Shown here in pieces: positions 1-10,823 of a stretch of DNA of 64,000 nucleotides (positions are counted from its first letter, which is position 1; the number at the start of each line of letters is the position of its first letter). The translations under genes were made by a program, and so were the position numbers. This stretch comes from an uncultured Acidimicrobiia bacterium (GTDB lineage Bacteria; Acidobacteriota; Terriglobia; Versatilivoradales; Versatilivoraceae). Where the stretch lies: the NCBI GenBank assembly GCA_963786955.1, contig CAWBAT010000006.1:32001-96000 (forward strand), written 5' to 3'. The notes under the pieces are model-generated. The model made no database searches. It was not told the origin of the DNA and saw nothing but the letters and a program-made list of their open reading frames with translations.

Positions 1-1195
1 GAAGGCGTGAAAGTGATCGTGTTCTCCGAATGGGAGCGGATGCTCGAACTGGTGCGGGACCTTTGTCGGCGAGCTGAAACTCGGTTTCGCCTGGCACACC
101 GGCTCGCGTGCCGCAGCAGAGGCGGCGCGCGGAGATCAACGCCTTCAAGAGCGACCCGAACTGCCGCGTGTTTCTCAGCACCGATTCCGGCGCGACCGGG
201 CTGAACCTCCAGAACGCCAGCGTGGTCGTGAATTGCGATCTGCCGTGGAATCCGGCCAAGCTCGAACAACGCATCGCCCGCGCCTGGCGCAAACATCAGA
301 CCCGCCCCGTCACCGTCATCAATCTCGTCGCGGAAAACACGATCGAGCATCGCATGTTGGAGACGCTGGCCAACAAGCAGGCGCTGGCCGACGGCGTGCT
401 GGACCACAAGGGCGACCTTGAAAAGATATCCTTTCGTGGAGGACGGCAAGCCGCCATGGAACGGTTGGAGCAGCTATTGGGAAGTGCGGCGTTGAAGACA
501 CCGCCGCCAGCGCCGGCCAGGCCCTCCGATCCCAGCCTGGCGTTCAGGCCAGGAAGCCGCGCGCCTGCTGGGACCCCGCCTCTTGCGCTGTGAAGAACGA
601 TTCCAGATTTCCAGTTCCCAATCCATGCTGCTGTTGGTGGTGGAACAGAATTCCACCATCGTTCGAGAACAGCTTGCGCCTGTTTATGAGAAATTTTTTG
701 GCCCCACGGCCCAGTCCTCCGGCGAAGCGCCTTTTTGGGAAGTGGTCGACCGGAGCACCGACGAGGCCTTGCAGCGGATGATTCAAAGCGGGATCATCAC
801 CCCGCAAGTCCGCGCCACCCGTCCCCTCTATCCAGTGCTTGAGCCGGAGAGCTTGCGGCAATCCCTCTCTCCCCAGGAAAAAGAGCGAGCCAATGGGCAC
901 CGCGGACAGGCAGCTCGCAAATTTAAAATGGCCCAGCTGCTTTTTCAAGGTGAACTATTAGAAGAGGCCCGCCAGGCGTTGGAGGAAGGTTTGCATTGTC
1001 TCGGTCGCGCAATGGCGGTGGAACAACGCCAGGATGAGCCAGCCGATTTAAAGACGTGTCTCCTTCCACCGCTGGCACACGCTTGGATAAGAAAGTCAAG
1101 GCTTGGTCCGCCGGTTTGTGGAGGACCCTCAACAGTTGCTTGATCCTGTCCTTCAACAACTGAACAAGCTAGTGACCATCGGCGCGGCGGATTAG
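1..1195 (+). CDS. SNF2-family helicase, C-terminal part (5' end outside window; frameshifted)
   Basis: Helicase-C motifs KVIVFSEWERM, FLSTDSGATGLNLQNASVVVNCDLPWNPAKLEQRIARAWR, VINLVAENTIE across ORFs 7-204 and 108-593; continues in 583-1143 and a final frame ending TAG 1193-1195. Confidence 0.85.
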
Positions 1196-1318
1196 AGACT
1201 CCGCACTTTGCCCCAATAAAGAGAAAGGGAACATACCAAGCCCATGCCCAAAAAAAATATTACCCGCAAAAACTAAGAGTGTGGATCGATTCCACCAGGT
1301 TTCTCCCGAGGTTTTCCT

Positions 1319-1858
1319 TCAAGCGGATTTCGGTCCCGGAAGAACCGGGCCCTTGCGCTTCTCCCAGTACGGTAGCAACAGTGCGGAAATCTGACCCAGA
1401 CGCTCACAAAGCTGCCGCTTGTCTTCGGTCGTGATTGAGGCAAACACTTCTTTAAAGAACTCAGCGCTGGCGGGAATTAGCATTTCCAAAAACGCGATTC
1501 CGCGCGGCGTGATTTCCGCCAACCGTTTCCGCCGGTCAATTGGATCCTCTATTCGAGTGGCCATGCCTTTCTTTACCAATCCTTCCACCAGTCCCGTAAC
1601 ATTGGCCGGACTCACCATCAGCAGGTCGCCAATCTCGCCCAGAAGGCAGCCCCGAATATTCTCATAAACGTAGAGAGCGATCATCACATCAAACGACTGA
1701 GGAGTAATCCCATAAACGGAAAATGCCCGCTCCATGACCGATTGGAGGATATGGTACGTGCTGGAAAGCGCGGCAATCATCCGGACAGTGGAATGGTCAA
1801 AGCCGGGGAACTGCTCACCGAATCTTTCCATGAGTTTATTGAGATACTGGTCACGCAT
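1319..1858 (-). CDS. MarR-family transcriptional regulator
   Basis: wHTH pattern GITPQSFDVM...EIGDLLMVSPANVTGLVEGLVKKG...DRRKRLAEITPRG; likely start MRDQYL at 1858; last gene of efflux operon. Confidence 0.9.
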   Translation of the reverse strand: MRDQYLNKLMERFGEQFPGFDHSTVRMIAALSSTYHILQSVMERAFSVYGITPQSFDVMIALYVYENIRGCLLGEIGDLLMVSPANVTGLVEGLVKKGMATRIEDPIDRRKRLAEITPRGIAFLEMLIPASAEFFKEVFASITTEDKRQLCERLGQISALLLPYWEKRKGPVLPGPKSA

Positions 1859-1939
1859 GAGATTTCCTTTTGCGATTTTGATCAATCGTGCCGCCGCTCT
1901 CGGGGCTGCGCGAGGAAAGAGAGGCGGCATGGCAGCCAC

Positions 1940-3340
1940 TCATGCTCCGCCACCTAGTGCTTTATACAGACCAACGAGATTGCTCAGCCGGGCGAACCGG
2001 AGGCTAACCAAGCCCTGCTGGGTAACGTATAGGGCCCTCTGGGAAACCAGAACACTCAGGTAACTGTCGATTCCTGCTCTATAGCGGGCTTCGGAAAGAC
2101 GATACGCTTCATCCAGGGCATTCACCAAGGCCTGTTGGGATTGCTGCTGTTCCATCAGACGGGTCCGCAGACTCAACGCATCGCTGACTTCCCGGAAAGC
2201 TGATTGGATGGACCTTTCATAATCGGCGACGGCAATGTCACGGTCCACCTCGGCAGCCTTGTAATTGGCTTTTAAAGAGCCGCCGGTGAATAGGGGGGCG
2301 ATGATCTGTGGCGCAAAGCTCCAGGTTCCCGTCCCGGCTCCGAATAGACTGGAAAGTTCGGGACTCATGGTTCCCCCGCCAGCCGTGAGTGTGACGCGCG
2401 GGAAGAAGGATGCGCGGGCCACTCCTATATTGGCATAGGCCGCTTTCAATTGATGTTCCGACATGAGAATGTCAGGCCGGTTGAGCAGAACCTCGGAGGG
2501 CAAACCAGCGGAGATATCCTTCAGCATATGATCAGGACCCAACTCGCTGGGGAGCAGTTGAGCGGGGACCGGAGAACCCACCAGAAGGGTGAGAGCATTC
2601 TCGTCCAATGCCACCAGTCCAGAGTAGCGGGCAATATCCACGCGCGCCGCTTCCACCTGGCTTTCGGCCTGACGCAGATCCAAATCGGATGCCATGCCTG
2701 AATCCCTGACGTGCAGGATCAAATCGTAGGTCACCTGCTGGGCGTCCAGGGTTGCCCGGGCCAATCGCAGATTGTCATGATCAGCCGCCAAAGCCAGGTA
2801 GCTGTTGGTGACCGCGGCAACCAGGGAGATCTGGGCTGCGGAGCGGGCCTGTTCGCTGGCCATGTACTGCTCCAGAGCCTGGCTCTTTAAACTGCGGAGA
2901 CGCCCGAACAGGTCCAACTCCCAGGAGAGAGTGCCCAGGTTGACGCTATACTGCTCGACTATCGTGGGAGTCCCCTTATCCGAAAACTTCTCGGGCTGCC
3001 GGTACGCCTGACCGCTGAACATTACTCCCGCATTCGGATATAGGTTTCCCCGTTGGATCCTGTAAAGGGCTTGAGCCCTCTCGATGTTGAGGGCCGCTAT
3101 CCTCAGGTCGCGGTTGTTGGCCAGGGCCATCTCAATGACGGATTGAAGCTTTCCATCGGTGTAATATTCCCGCCATTTGACCTCCAAAGCAGCGGGGGCA
3201 GCCGGCCCGGTGGCTTGGCTGGCGGTGCTTTCAGGCCAGGCCGTGGGCACCGGCAGACCGGGGCGGTCATATTTTTGTGTGCGCGGGCAGCCGCAAAGGC
3301 AAACGGACAATCCGAGGAGAAGAAGAAATTTTCGAATCAT
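1940..3340 (-). CDS. oprM: RND efflux outer-membrane lipoprotein (OprM/NodT family)
   Basis: Lipoprotein signal MIRKFLLLLGLSVCLCGC; NNRDLRIA, SWELDLFGRLR, RPDI...AYANIGVARASFFP, LYKALGGG. Confidence 0.93.
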   Translation of the reverse strand: MIRKFLLLLGLSVCLCGCPRTQKYDRPGLPVPTAWPESTASQATGPAAPAALEVKWREYYTDGKLQSVIEMALANNRDLRIAALNIERAQALYRIQRGNLYPNAGVMFSGQAYRQPEKFSDKGTPTIVEQYSVNLGTLSWELDLFGRLRSLKSQALEQYMASEQARSAAQISLVAAVTNSYLALAADHDNLRLARATLDAQQVTYDLILHVRDSGMASDLDLRQAESQVEAARVDIARYSGLVALDENALTLLVGSPVPAQLLPSELGPDHMLKDISAGLPSEVLLNRPDILMSEHQLKAAYANIGVARASFFPRVTLTAGGGTMSPELSSLFGAGTGTWSFAPQIIAPLFTGGSLKANYKAAEVDRDIAVADYERSIQSAFREVSDALSLRTRLMEQQQSQQALVNALDEAYRLSEARYRAGIDSYLSVLVSQRALYVTQQGLVSLRFARLSNLVGLYKALGGGA

Positions 3341-3341
3341 G

Positions 3342-6300
3342 TTATTTGCCCTCCGTGGGACTCGCTGCTTCCGAGCCATGCGGCTGGCTGCTGCGGCTTT
3401 TCTTTTTTCCAAACAACTGCACGACCATCACAAAGAAGAGGGGGATGAAGAAAATCGCCAGGAAGGTGGCAGTCACCATCCCGCCCAGGACGCTGGTGCC
3501 AATGGCCATTTGGGCGCCGGCCCCAGCCCCTCTGGCAAACGCCAATGGCAGAACGCCAATTCCGAATGCCAGGGAAGTCATCACGATGGGGCGAAGCCGG
3601 AGTTTGGCGGCCTCGACAGTCGCTTCGATCAACCCCATCCCTTGCTGTTCGATGTGCCCTTTGGCGAACTGAACGATCAGGATGGCATTCTTAGTCGTCA
3701 GGCCGAGCACTGTGAGCAGTCCGATCTGGAAGTAGACATCATTGGGCAAACCGCGCAACCCGGAGGCCAGCACTCCTCCGATCGCACCCAGCGGCAACGC
3801 CAACAGAATGGTGATGGGCACCGTCCAGCTCTCGTATAGCGCTGCCAGGACGAGGAAGATCGCCAGGATCGAAAAAGAATAGAGGAGCCCGGTCTGGGAC
3901 TCCGACATGCGCTGCTGGTAGGACAGGCCCGTCCATTCGGAGCCGATGCCCGCGGGAAGCTTGTTGACAATCTCCTCCATCGCATTCATCGCCTCGCCGG
4001 AACTGCGTCCGGCCGAAGGTTCTCCCTGAATGTTCATGGCCGGGAAGCTGTTGTACCGTTCCAGCCGGGGAGAACCGTAGATCCAGCGCCCCGAGGCAAG
4101 AGCCGAAAGCGGCACCAGTCCACCCTTCGGATTGTGGATGTAAAGGCGGTTGAGGTCGCCCGGCAGCATCCGGTAAGGGGCATCCGCCTGGGTGTACACA
4201 CGCTTGACCCGTCCACCCTGGACGAAGTTGCCGACGTAGGCGCTGCCGAAGGCCGTGGAAAGGTAGCTTTGTACCGAGCTGACAGGGACGCCGAGCGAGC
4301 CGGCCTTCTCCCAATCGATGTCCACCTTGTATTGGGGGACGTCTGCCATCCCGTTCGGTCTCACCCTGGCGAGGCGCGGGTCTTTCATGGCCATCCCGAG
4401 GAGCTGGTTCTGTGCTTCCGTGAGCTTGTCATGCCCGATTCCGCCCCGGTCCTGCAGCATGAAATCGAACCCGATCGCATTGCCCAGCTCCACCACTGCA
4501 GGGGGAGGATATACAAAAACAACCGCGCCGCGGATGCCACTCAGCGCCTGCATCGCCCGGCCTGCCACCTCCTTTGCCCGGAGCCCGGGACGGTTGCGCA
4601 GATTCCAGTCTCTGAGTTGGATAAAGGCCATGCCTTGGTTCTGGCCCCGGCCCGCGAAGCCCATGCCGGCCCCCGTCATACATGACCCAACGGCGTCTTT
4701 CTGGTCAACGAGGAAGTGGCGACTGACCTGGTCCATCACCGCTTGCGTCTGCTCCAGTGTCGAGCCGACCGGCAGCTGGATCATGGACATAAGGGTTCCC
4801 TGGTCCTCGTCCGGGAGGTATCCGGTCGGCATACGCTGATAAAGGTATCCCATTCCCGCCACAATGAGGAGGAAGAGGATGACAAAACGAACCTTCCGGA
4901 CCAGTATGCCCGCGACAAAGGCTGTGTAGAGGTCACGGGTGCGGTAAAACACACGGTCAAACCAGAGGAAGAACGGCCGCAGGAGCCAAAAGCCGGTTTC
5001 AGCGGCTTCATGCCCCTTGGCAACGGGTTTCAAAAGCGACGCGCACAAGACGGGCGTCAGAATCAGGGCCACAACGACCGAGAGGAGCATCGAGGAGATC
5101 ACGGTGACCGAGAACTGCCGGTAAATCACACCGGTGGAACCGGCAAAAAAGATCATCGGGCCAAAAACCGCTGAGAGGACCAATCCGATGCCGACCAGGG
5201 CACTGGTAATCTCTCCCATGGACTTGCGGGTCGATTCCCACGGTGGAAGCCCTTCTTCACTCATGACCCGTTCAACGTTTTCAACCACCACAATGGCATC
5301 GTCAACCAGCAGGCCGATAGCCAGAACCATGGCGAACATGGTCAGCATGTTAATGGAGTAACCCAACAAGCCGAGGACGCCAAAAGTGCCCAGAATTACG
5401 ACTGGCACCGCAATGGTCGGGATCATGGTGGCACGGAGGTTCCCGAGGAAAAGGTACATGACGAGGAAAACCAGGAAAATAGCAATGATAAGGGTCTTAA
5501 CCACTTCTTCGATTGCCACCTTCACGAAAGGGGTTGTGTCATAGGGGAAAATAACTTTCATCCCGGATCCGGCAGGAAAATACTTCGATAACTCTGCCAT
5601 TTTCGACTTGATCCCTTCGGCGGTATCCAGTGCATTCGCGCCTGCTTCCTGCCGGATCGCGAGCATGGCGGCAGGATTCCCGTTGAAGAGGATCCGGATG
5701 TCGGGGAATTCGGTTCCCAACTCGGTCCGTCCTATGTCCCTCACGCGCACAATCGATCCGTCCGACTGCGTGCGCAGGGGAATGGCGGCGAACTCCTCCG
5801 GCGTCAGCAGGAGCGACTGGACCAGGATTGAGGCGTTGAGTCGCTGGCCCGGCACCGCGGGGGCGCCACCCAGCTGGCCGGCGGAGACTTCGACGTTGTA
5901 AGCCCGGATCGCCATGACCACATCGTCCGAGGTCATCCCGTACTTGGTGAGCTTGTCCGGGTCGAACCAGATCCTCATGGCATAAGGCGCACCAAAGACC
6001 TCAACCTCGCCGACTCCCGGGACACGCGCGATGATGGACTGGACCTTTGAGACGAGGTAGTCGTTGAGATCATCCATATCCATGCTGCCGTTCTCGGAGG
6101 TGATGCCGGCAATGAGCAGGTAGTTTCGAGTTGACTTGCTGACTGTGACGCCCCGGTTCTGCACCACGTCGGGCAGGGTTGGCATGGCGAGCTGGAGCTT
6201 GTTTTGAACCTTCGCCCAGGCCAGGTCCGGGTCGGTGCCCGGGGCAAACGTAAGGGTGACGGACGCGCTTCCAGAGGAATCGCTCGTGGAGTACATGTAA

Positions 6301-6527
6301 AGCATTTTGTCGAGGCCGGTCATGTTCTGTTCAATCATCTGAACAACGCTGTCCTCGACAGTTTTTGCCGATGCCCCCGGGTAAATAGCCCTGATCGAGA
6401 TTGAAGGCGGGGCGATGGGTGGATACTGAGAAATGGGTAGATTGTAGATTGCGAGCCCCCCGGCCAGCATCATTCCAATGGCAATGACCCAGGCGAAAAC
6501 CGGGCGGTCTAGAAAGAATTTAGACAT
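3342..6527 (-). CDS. acrB: HAE1 RND efflux permease (AcrB/MexB type)
   Basis: Starts MSKFFLDRPVFAWVIAI; GLLVDDAIVVVENVER, KNAILIV, RLRPIVMTSLAF proton-relay motifs. Confidence 0.97.
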   Translation of the reverse strand: MSKFFLDRPVFAWVIAIGMMLAGGLAIYNLPISQYPPIAPPSISIRAIYPGASAKTVEDSVVQMIEQNMTGLDKMLYMYSTSDSSGSASVTLTFAPGTDPDLAWAKVQNKLQLAMPTLPDVVQNRGVTVSKSTRNYLLIAGITSENGSMDMDDLNDYLVSKVQSIIARVPGVGEVEVFGAPYAMRIWFDPDKLTKYGMTSDDVVMAIRAYNVEVSAGQLGGAPAVPGQRLNASILVQSLLLTPEEFAAIPLRTQSDGSIVRVRDIGRTELGTEFPDIRILFNGNPAAMLAIRQEAGANALDTAEGIKSKMAELSKYFPAGSGMKVIFPYDTTPFVKVAIEEVVKTLIIAIFLVFLVMYLFLGNLRATMIPTIAVPVVILGTFGVLGLLGYSINMLTMFAMVLAIGLLVDDAIVVVENVERVMSEEGLPPWESTRKSMGEITSALVGIGLVLSAVFGPMIFFAGSTGVIYRQFSVTVISSMLLSVVVALILTPVLCASLLKPVAKGHEAAETGFWLLRPFFLWFDRVFYRTRDLYTAFVAGILVRKVRFVILFLLIVAGMGYLYQRMPTGYLPDEDQGTLMSMIQLPVGSTLEQTQAVMDQVSRHFLVDQKDAVGSCMTGAGMGFAGRGQNQGMAFIQLRDWNLRNRPGLRAKEVAGRAMQALSGIRGAVVFVYPPPAVVELGNAIGFDFMLQDRGGIGHDKLTEAQNQLLGMAMKDPRLARVRPNGMADVPQYKVDIDWEKAGSLGVPVSSVQSYLSTAFGSAYVGNFVQGGRVKRVYTQADAPYRMLPGDLNRLYIHNPKGGLVPLSALASGRWIYGSPRLERYNSFPAMNIQGEPSAGRSSGEAMNAMEEIVNKLPAGIGSEWTGLSYQQRMSESQTGLLYSFSILAIFLVLAALYESWTVPITILLALPLGAIGGVLASGLRGLPNDVYFQIGLLTVLGLTTKNAILIVQFAKGHIEQQGMGLIEATVEAAKLRLRPIVMTSLAFGIGVLPLAFARGAGAGAQMAIGTSVLGGMVTATFLAIFFIPLFFVMVVQLFGKKKSRSSQPHGSEAASPTEGK

Positions 6528-7779
6528 TGCCACCCCCTTTGCCTTGAGTTGGTGGTGCCGGCTGTTTTTCAACCGGGCCAGAAGCGCCCGCAGCTTTGCC
6601 GCTAAAGGGAACCGCCCGGATCGGGATTCCGGGACGGGCTTTCTGCATCCCCTCGACAATCAGCCGGTCCCCGGCCGTGAGCCCGCTGATGACAAGCCAT
6701 TTATCTCCAATAGCCCGGTCGAGTTCGAGCATGCGCTGCTCAATTTTTTCGTCCTTGCCCACAACCCATGCGAGAGGGAGACCTTTCGTGTTGCGGGTGA
6801 CTCCCTGTTGGGGAACGAGAATAGCTTTTTCGTTAACCCCCTCCTCCACCACCGCCCGCACAAACATCCCGGGAAGCAGGATTTGGTTGGGATTGGGGAA
6901 GACCATCCGCAAGGTGACCGATCCCGTCGCCTGATTTACTGTAGTGTCCTGGAATTGGATGGTCCCTCCACTCTTGTAAGGAGTCCCATCCTCCAGGAAC
7001 AGCTTCACCTTGTTTTGCGTCGCACCATTTTGTTTCAGACGCCCGCTTTCCAGACGGCTTCGCAAACGCAGCAGCTCTGCACTGGATTGGATGACATCCA
7101 CATAGATAGGATCCAGTTGCTGCACCACGGCCAAGGCTGTAGGCTGATAGGCGGCCGCCAGGCCGCCGACCGTGATGTTGGACATGCCGATGCGTCCTGA
7201 AATAGGGGACTTTATGGGTGTATACGACAGGTTGATGCGGGCGCTTTCCAGGTTGGCCCGGCTGATCTCAACGGCAGTTTTTCTTGCAGCCAGGTTGGCC
7301 TCAGCCTGCCTCAAAGCGGCACTGGCGTCATCGTAATCCTGTTGTCCAACCGCGCGGATGGCCACCAGTCCCTTTAACCGCTCTGCCCGTAACCGGAGGG
7401 CCGGAAGGTTGGCTTCGGCGGTAACGAGTTCTGCTTCCGCGGTAGCCAGGGCAGCCTGGGCTTGGTTGACGGCCGCCTGGTAAGGCATCGGATCGATTTG
7501 ATACAACACGTCGCCTGCCTTGACCATCGCACCTTCCTTGAACAGACGGCTTTGGATCAACCCATTCACCTGGGGGCGGATTTCCGCAACCAGGTAGGCA
7601 GATATCCGCCCGGGCAATTCCGTGGTCAACACGACCCGTTCGGTAGTGAGCGTCACAAATGCAACCTCGGCTGGACCTGCCGGGGGAGGAGCCACCTTTG
7701 ATTTGCAGCTTGACATGAAGAGACTGGCTATAACGAGCCCAATGAGGACAAGATGTTTAAACCATTTGCTGAACGACAT
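6520..7779 (-). CDS. acrA: RND periplasmic adaptor (AcrA/MexA type)
   Basis: Lipobox MSSC; AEIRPQVNG, GDVLYQIDP, SPISGRIG, LLPGMFVRA; overlaps start of the permease. Confidence 0.95.
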   Translation of the reverse strand: MSFSKWFKHLVLIGLVIASLFMSSCKSKVAPPPAGPAEVAFVTLTTERVVLTTELPGRISAYLVAEIRPQVNGLIQSRLFKEGAMVKAGDVLYQIDPMPYQAAVNQAQAALATAEAELVTAEANLPALRLRAERLKGLVAIRAVGQQDYDDASAALRQAEANLAARKTAVEISRANLESARINLSYTPIKSPISGRIGMSNITVGGLAAAYQPTALAVVQQLDPIYVDVIQSSAELLRLRSRLESGRLKQNGATQNKVKLFLEDGTPYKSGGTIQFQDTTVNQATGSVTLRMVFPNPNQILLPGMFVRAVVEEGVNEKAILVPQQGVTRNTKGLPLAWVVGKDEKIEQRMLELDRAIGDKWLVISGLTAGDRLIVEGMQKARPGIPIRAVPFSGKAAGASGPVEKQPAPPTQGKGGGNV

Positions 7780-7816
7780 GAAACGACTCCTTTACTTTTC
7801 TTAAAACATCGAAGGC

Positions 7817-7846
7817 ATACTAATCTATTCATAAATGAAATGTCAA
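7817..7846 (-). promoter_or_regulatory. sigma70 promoter of efflux operon with embedded palindromic operator
   Basis: Minus strand TTGACA (7846-7841), 18-nt spacer, TAGTAT (7822-7817); spacer contains TTCAT-N2-ATGAA (7828-7839). Confidence 0.65.
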
Positions 7847-7909
7847 TCACCAAATGATCAATAGATAAAATAATATTTCGCGTCTGGAATGAGTAAGGCA
7901 TCCGACCCT

Positions 7910-8100
7910 TAAGGCACTTCGGCAAGCACCTGCTAGCTTTGCGGGATGGTGATCATCGCGCCGATCATGGCCAAGAAACCAGCACCACGCAGCCTTTGTC
8001 ACCCAATATATTTCCCAGGACCACCGTTTCACATATTTCTGCAGTGAGTGACAGTTGGCAGAAAGAAACACTCCTGCCGCGTGCATGAGAATGCTATGGA
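7910..8100 (-). pseudogene. RhaT-like (L-rhamnose/H+ symporter) N-terminal remnant
   Basis: Translates as SILMHAAGVFLSANCHSLQKYVKRWSWEIYWVTKAAWCWFL then, after a frame change, MIGAMITIPQ; resembles RhaT N-terminal KxWSWExYW motif. Confidence 0.5.
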
Positions 8101-8574
8101 TCTTGACAAGATAATAAGGAAAACCATCTGATCGCCCTTTTTTTAAGCAAGTGTAAATTCTCCCGTTTTGCCAAAGCCTTGGTAAAGACTTTAGGCATCG
8201 CTCATCTGTCTCAAAGCGGTATCTGCGCCGTGTATCCGGCTACAGCCTTAATGAAGCGGGCCTGGCTTTTTGCCGTTTCCGCTATAAACAGCGTCGCCAC
8301 CCCAATTCGCAATGGCTCCCGCGAAGCATCCTTTGACAGGCCCAACACCAATCCACACCAGTTGCCGAAAAAAGCAGAATCTCGGCAATCCGCGTCGAGG
8401 GCATGGTTGGGGATTCGATCCCGGATGACAGTCCGCCATGAATGCCAAGGCCTCGTATGACATGGCCCAATTGAAAACCTTGTTTAGCTCGCGAGCCTGG
8501 TACGACTTGATTCCAGACCAGAATCACAAGGTACTAACCGGCAAGGCAGATCACGTTGGAAAGCCATTCTGTGA

Positions 8575-10464
8575 TCATCGCCTGGTTGATCCCGTTTCCA
8601 CACCCTGCCAATGAAGGTGGACCGTTAGCGTTTTCTTCTCTCCTGCCTGCAGAGGAACTGTAAATCCGATCATCCTCGTGCCAGGATTGGATGCATCGTA
8701 ATCAGCTGGCGGCGGGTCAGTGGGATAAATTTTCCATGTCACCCCGGTCTTATTTTCGGCAGTGAGGGAAAGTCGCCCCTCCGATTGGGTTAGCGCGGCT
8801 TTGGATGGATTTTCCAAACGAACTTGGGCTGGTGTAGTCATTCCCCAACGCACTGTGCAGGGATGATCGGGCGCAGTCAATTGATCTTCAATGACTATCG
8901 TTCCATCAGGCAAAAGAGATGTTCTGCGTTGCACACTAGTCAGCTGTTCCTTGTATGGGCCCGAAAGATCAATCAATGTAGTCTGAAAAGGCTTGTCTTT
9001 GCATTCCAGAATCCGCGCGAATCCTGCCACTCTCTGAAGCTGACCATCCACCACCAGAGTATTGTGAGAGAGATTACTGTAACGAAAGACCTTCCAGCGT
9101 TGAGAATTTTGTGATCGATCCCAAATGTCCATACTTTTGGACTCTAGGGAATTGTAGTCCTGATACCCCAAATCCAGTGCCCAACGGACACCTCCTGCGT
9201 CGAGTACAAAGCTGCCTGCATCCATATGGCCATGGTTCACCGAGGGGGATCCCGCTCTGACTGCAAGATACAGCGCTTCCGGGTCTTTCCAGGAGGTGCG
9301 GTGCACAGCCACTGGATTCGAGCCACCGCCCGTCCAACTGAGGGCGGTCGGAGCAGAAATCTCTCTAGCCGAGAGATTCCAAATCAAAAACAGGGGGAAA
9401 TGCCGGTTGTCACTGGAGGCCACTTCAGATTGTTTCTGATTATAATCCTGCAGGGAAGGAGCTTCATTCCAGAACAAATAGGGAGCGTGGAGCCGTTTGG
9501 CAAACCACGCCATCGCCGGGCTGGGAGAGCCTTTCACCCCGCAATCGGAATAATTGAAATAAAGCCCCGTGGGTCCGGTCATGTGAAGATAGTAGTCTGC
9601 CGTCTTCATGAAGCCTTGCTGTTCCGTTAAGCCGAAGCTGGTGCCTAAAGCTGATTCCAATGCCGCAATCAACAGCACATTAAAGGTGGTCCCATACTCC
9701 CAATAGCCGGGCCCTTCCAGATATGCACCGTCCGGGGCGTAGGATTTCATCGACAAGGGGACGCCATTCACCGCTCGCGCGATGATCCTGGCGGCTAAAT
9801 CCCCGGCATCTTCCTGAATGGCCAGGGCGCCAAAGACCATGCCGGCGTGACAAACCTGGTTCCAATTATGCTCGGCCTTTAACCAGTAGTTGCGTTCGGA
9901 CTGTTCATCCAAAGAAGGTTGCAGGCCTTTCTCCAGAATGGCCTTCACGAGTATCTTACGGGTTTGAATTGTAAGGTGATCATAGAGCCAGTCATAACCG
10001 ATTGCCAGAGCCATCGTCATTTCAGCAGTGTCGAGAAAGTGGCTCGGATTCCAATCCTCGAAAGCCGCAGCCGTTAACATTTCCTTTTCCGCCCGACCAA
10101 GGTATAGCTCATCCATCGTGAACCGATAAGCCATCGATAAAATCGTGACACGGCGCAGGCATCGGCGAGACTGCTCGAGGAGTCTTTTTCCAGTTTTTTC
10201 GTAAATGATGGGTGACACAGAAAGTAATTCTTTGGCTTCCCGCAAAAGTTCCTGCCGGGTCTCCTGCATCAGGGGGTCTCCTCGTGTTTCCTCCAACCAT
10301 TTCTCTTCGCCGGATCTTGGCCAGAGCAGACGAGGATGAGGCACCACTTTTTCCTTCAAAAGAGATTCTACAGAATCTGATGTGAGTTGCGCCGCTTCAG
10401 TGGGATTTGTGAGCAGGCAAAGACAGATTAGAATTAACGATAAAAATGCAAAATTCTTTGGCAC
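8575..10464 (-). CDS. Heparinase II/III-family polysaccharide lyase-like protein, secreted
   Basis: Signal peptide; HPRL, HNWNQVC, EGPGYWEYG, NHGHMDAGSFVLD...RWALDLG, HNTLVVDG. Confidence 0.85.
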   Translation of the reverse strand: MPKNFAFLSLILICLCLLTNPTEAAQLTSDSVESLLKEKVVPHPRLLWPRSGEEKWLEETRGDPLMQETRQELLREAKELLSVSPIIYEKTGKRLLEQSRRCLRRVTILSMAYRFTMDELYLGRAEKEMLTAAAFEDWNPSHFLDTAEMTMALAIGYDWLYDHLTIQTRKILVKAILEKGLQPSLDEQSERNYWLKAEHNWNQVCHAGMVFGALAIQEDAGDLAARIIARAVNGVPLSMKSYAPDGAYLEGPGYWEYGTTFNVLLIAALESALGTSFGLTEQQGFMKTADYYLHMTGPTGLYFNYSDCGVKGSPSPAMAWFAKRLHAPYLFWNEAPSLQDYNQKQSEVASSDNRHFPLFLIWNLSAREISAPTALSWTGGGSNPVAVHRTSWKDPEALYLAVRAGSPSVNHGHMDAGSFVLDAGGVRWALDLGYQDYNSLESKSMDIWDRSQNSQRWKVFRYSNLSHNTLVVDGQLQRVAGFARILECKDKPFQTTLIDLSGPYKEQLTSVQRRTSLLPDGTIVIEDQLTAPDHPCTVRWGMTTPAQVRLENPSKAALTQSEGRLSLTAENKTGVTWKIYPTDPPPADYDASNPGTRMIGFTVPLQAGEKKTLTVHLHWQGVETGSTRR

Positions 10465-10823
10465 GACTTCCCCCCTTACGCTGAAAGAATAAACTCATCA
10501 TAAATAATGGATGCACTGGCGATATGGCATTGAACTGCCAGGCTATTGACCTTCACAAATCATTAGAGACATTTCTTTGGCTGAACTGTGATGTCGCGGG
10601 GTGACGGCAGTCATGAACTCAAACCAACCATACAGGACTATTGGGAGGGCTGAGGCTTCCCGAGGTCCGCGCATGGTCCTTCTTTCTTCTAGTGAATAGA
10701 GAGCTCCCGACCCCTTTGAGCAAAATGTCACAAATTGATGTGAAGATCAATAGGCATGCGCATTCTCAGTATGGTAGGCTTTGCTCCGACGTCACTTATC
10801 GTTTTTCTGTTTCCCGGAGAGAC

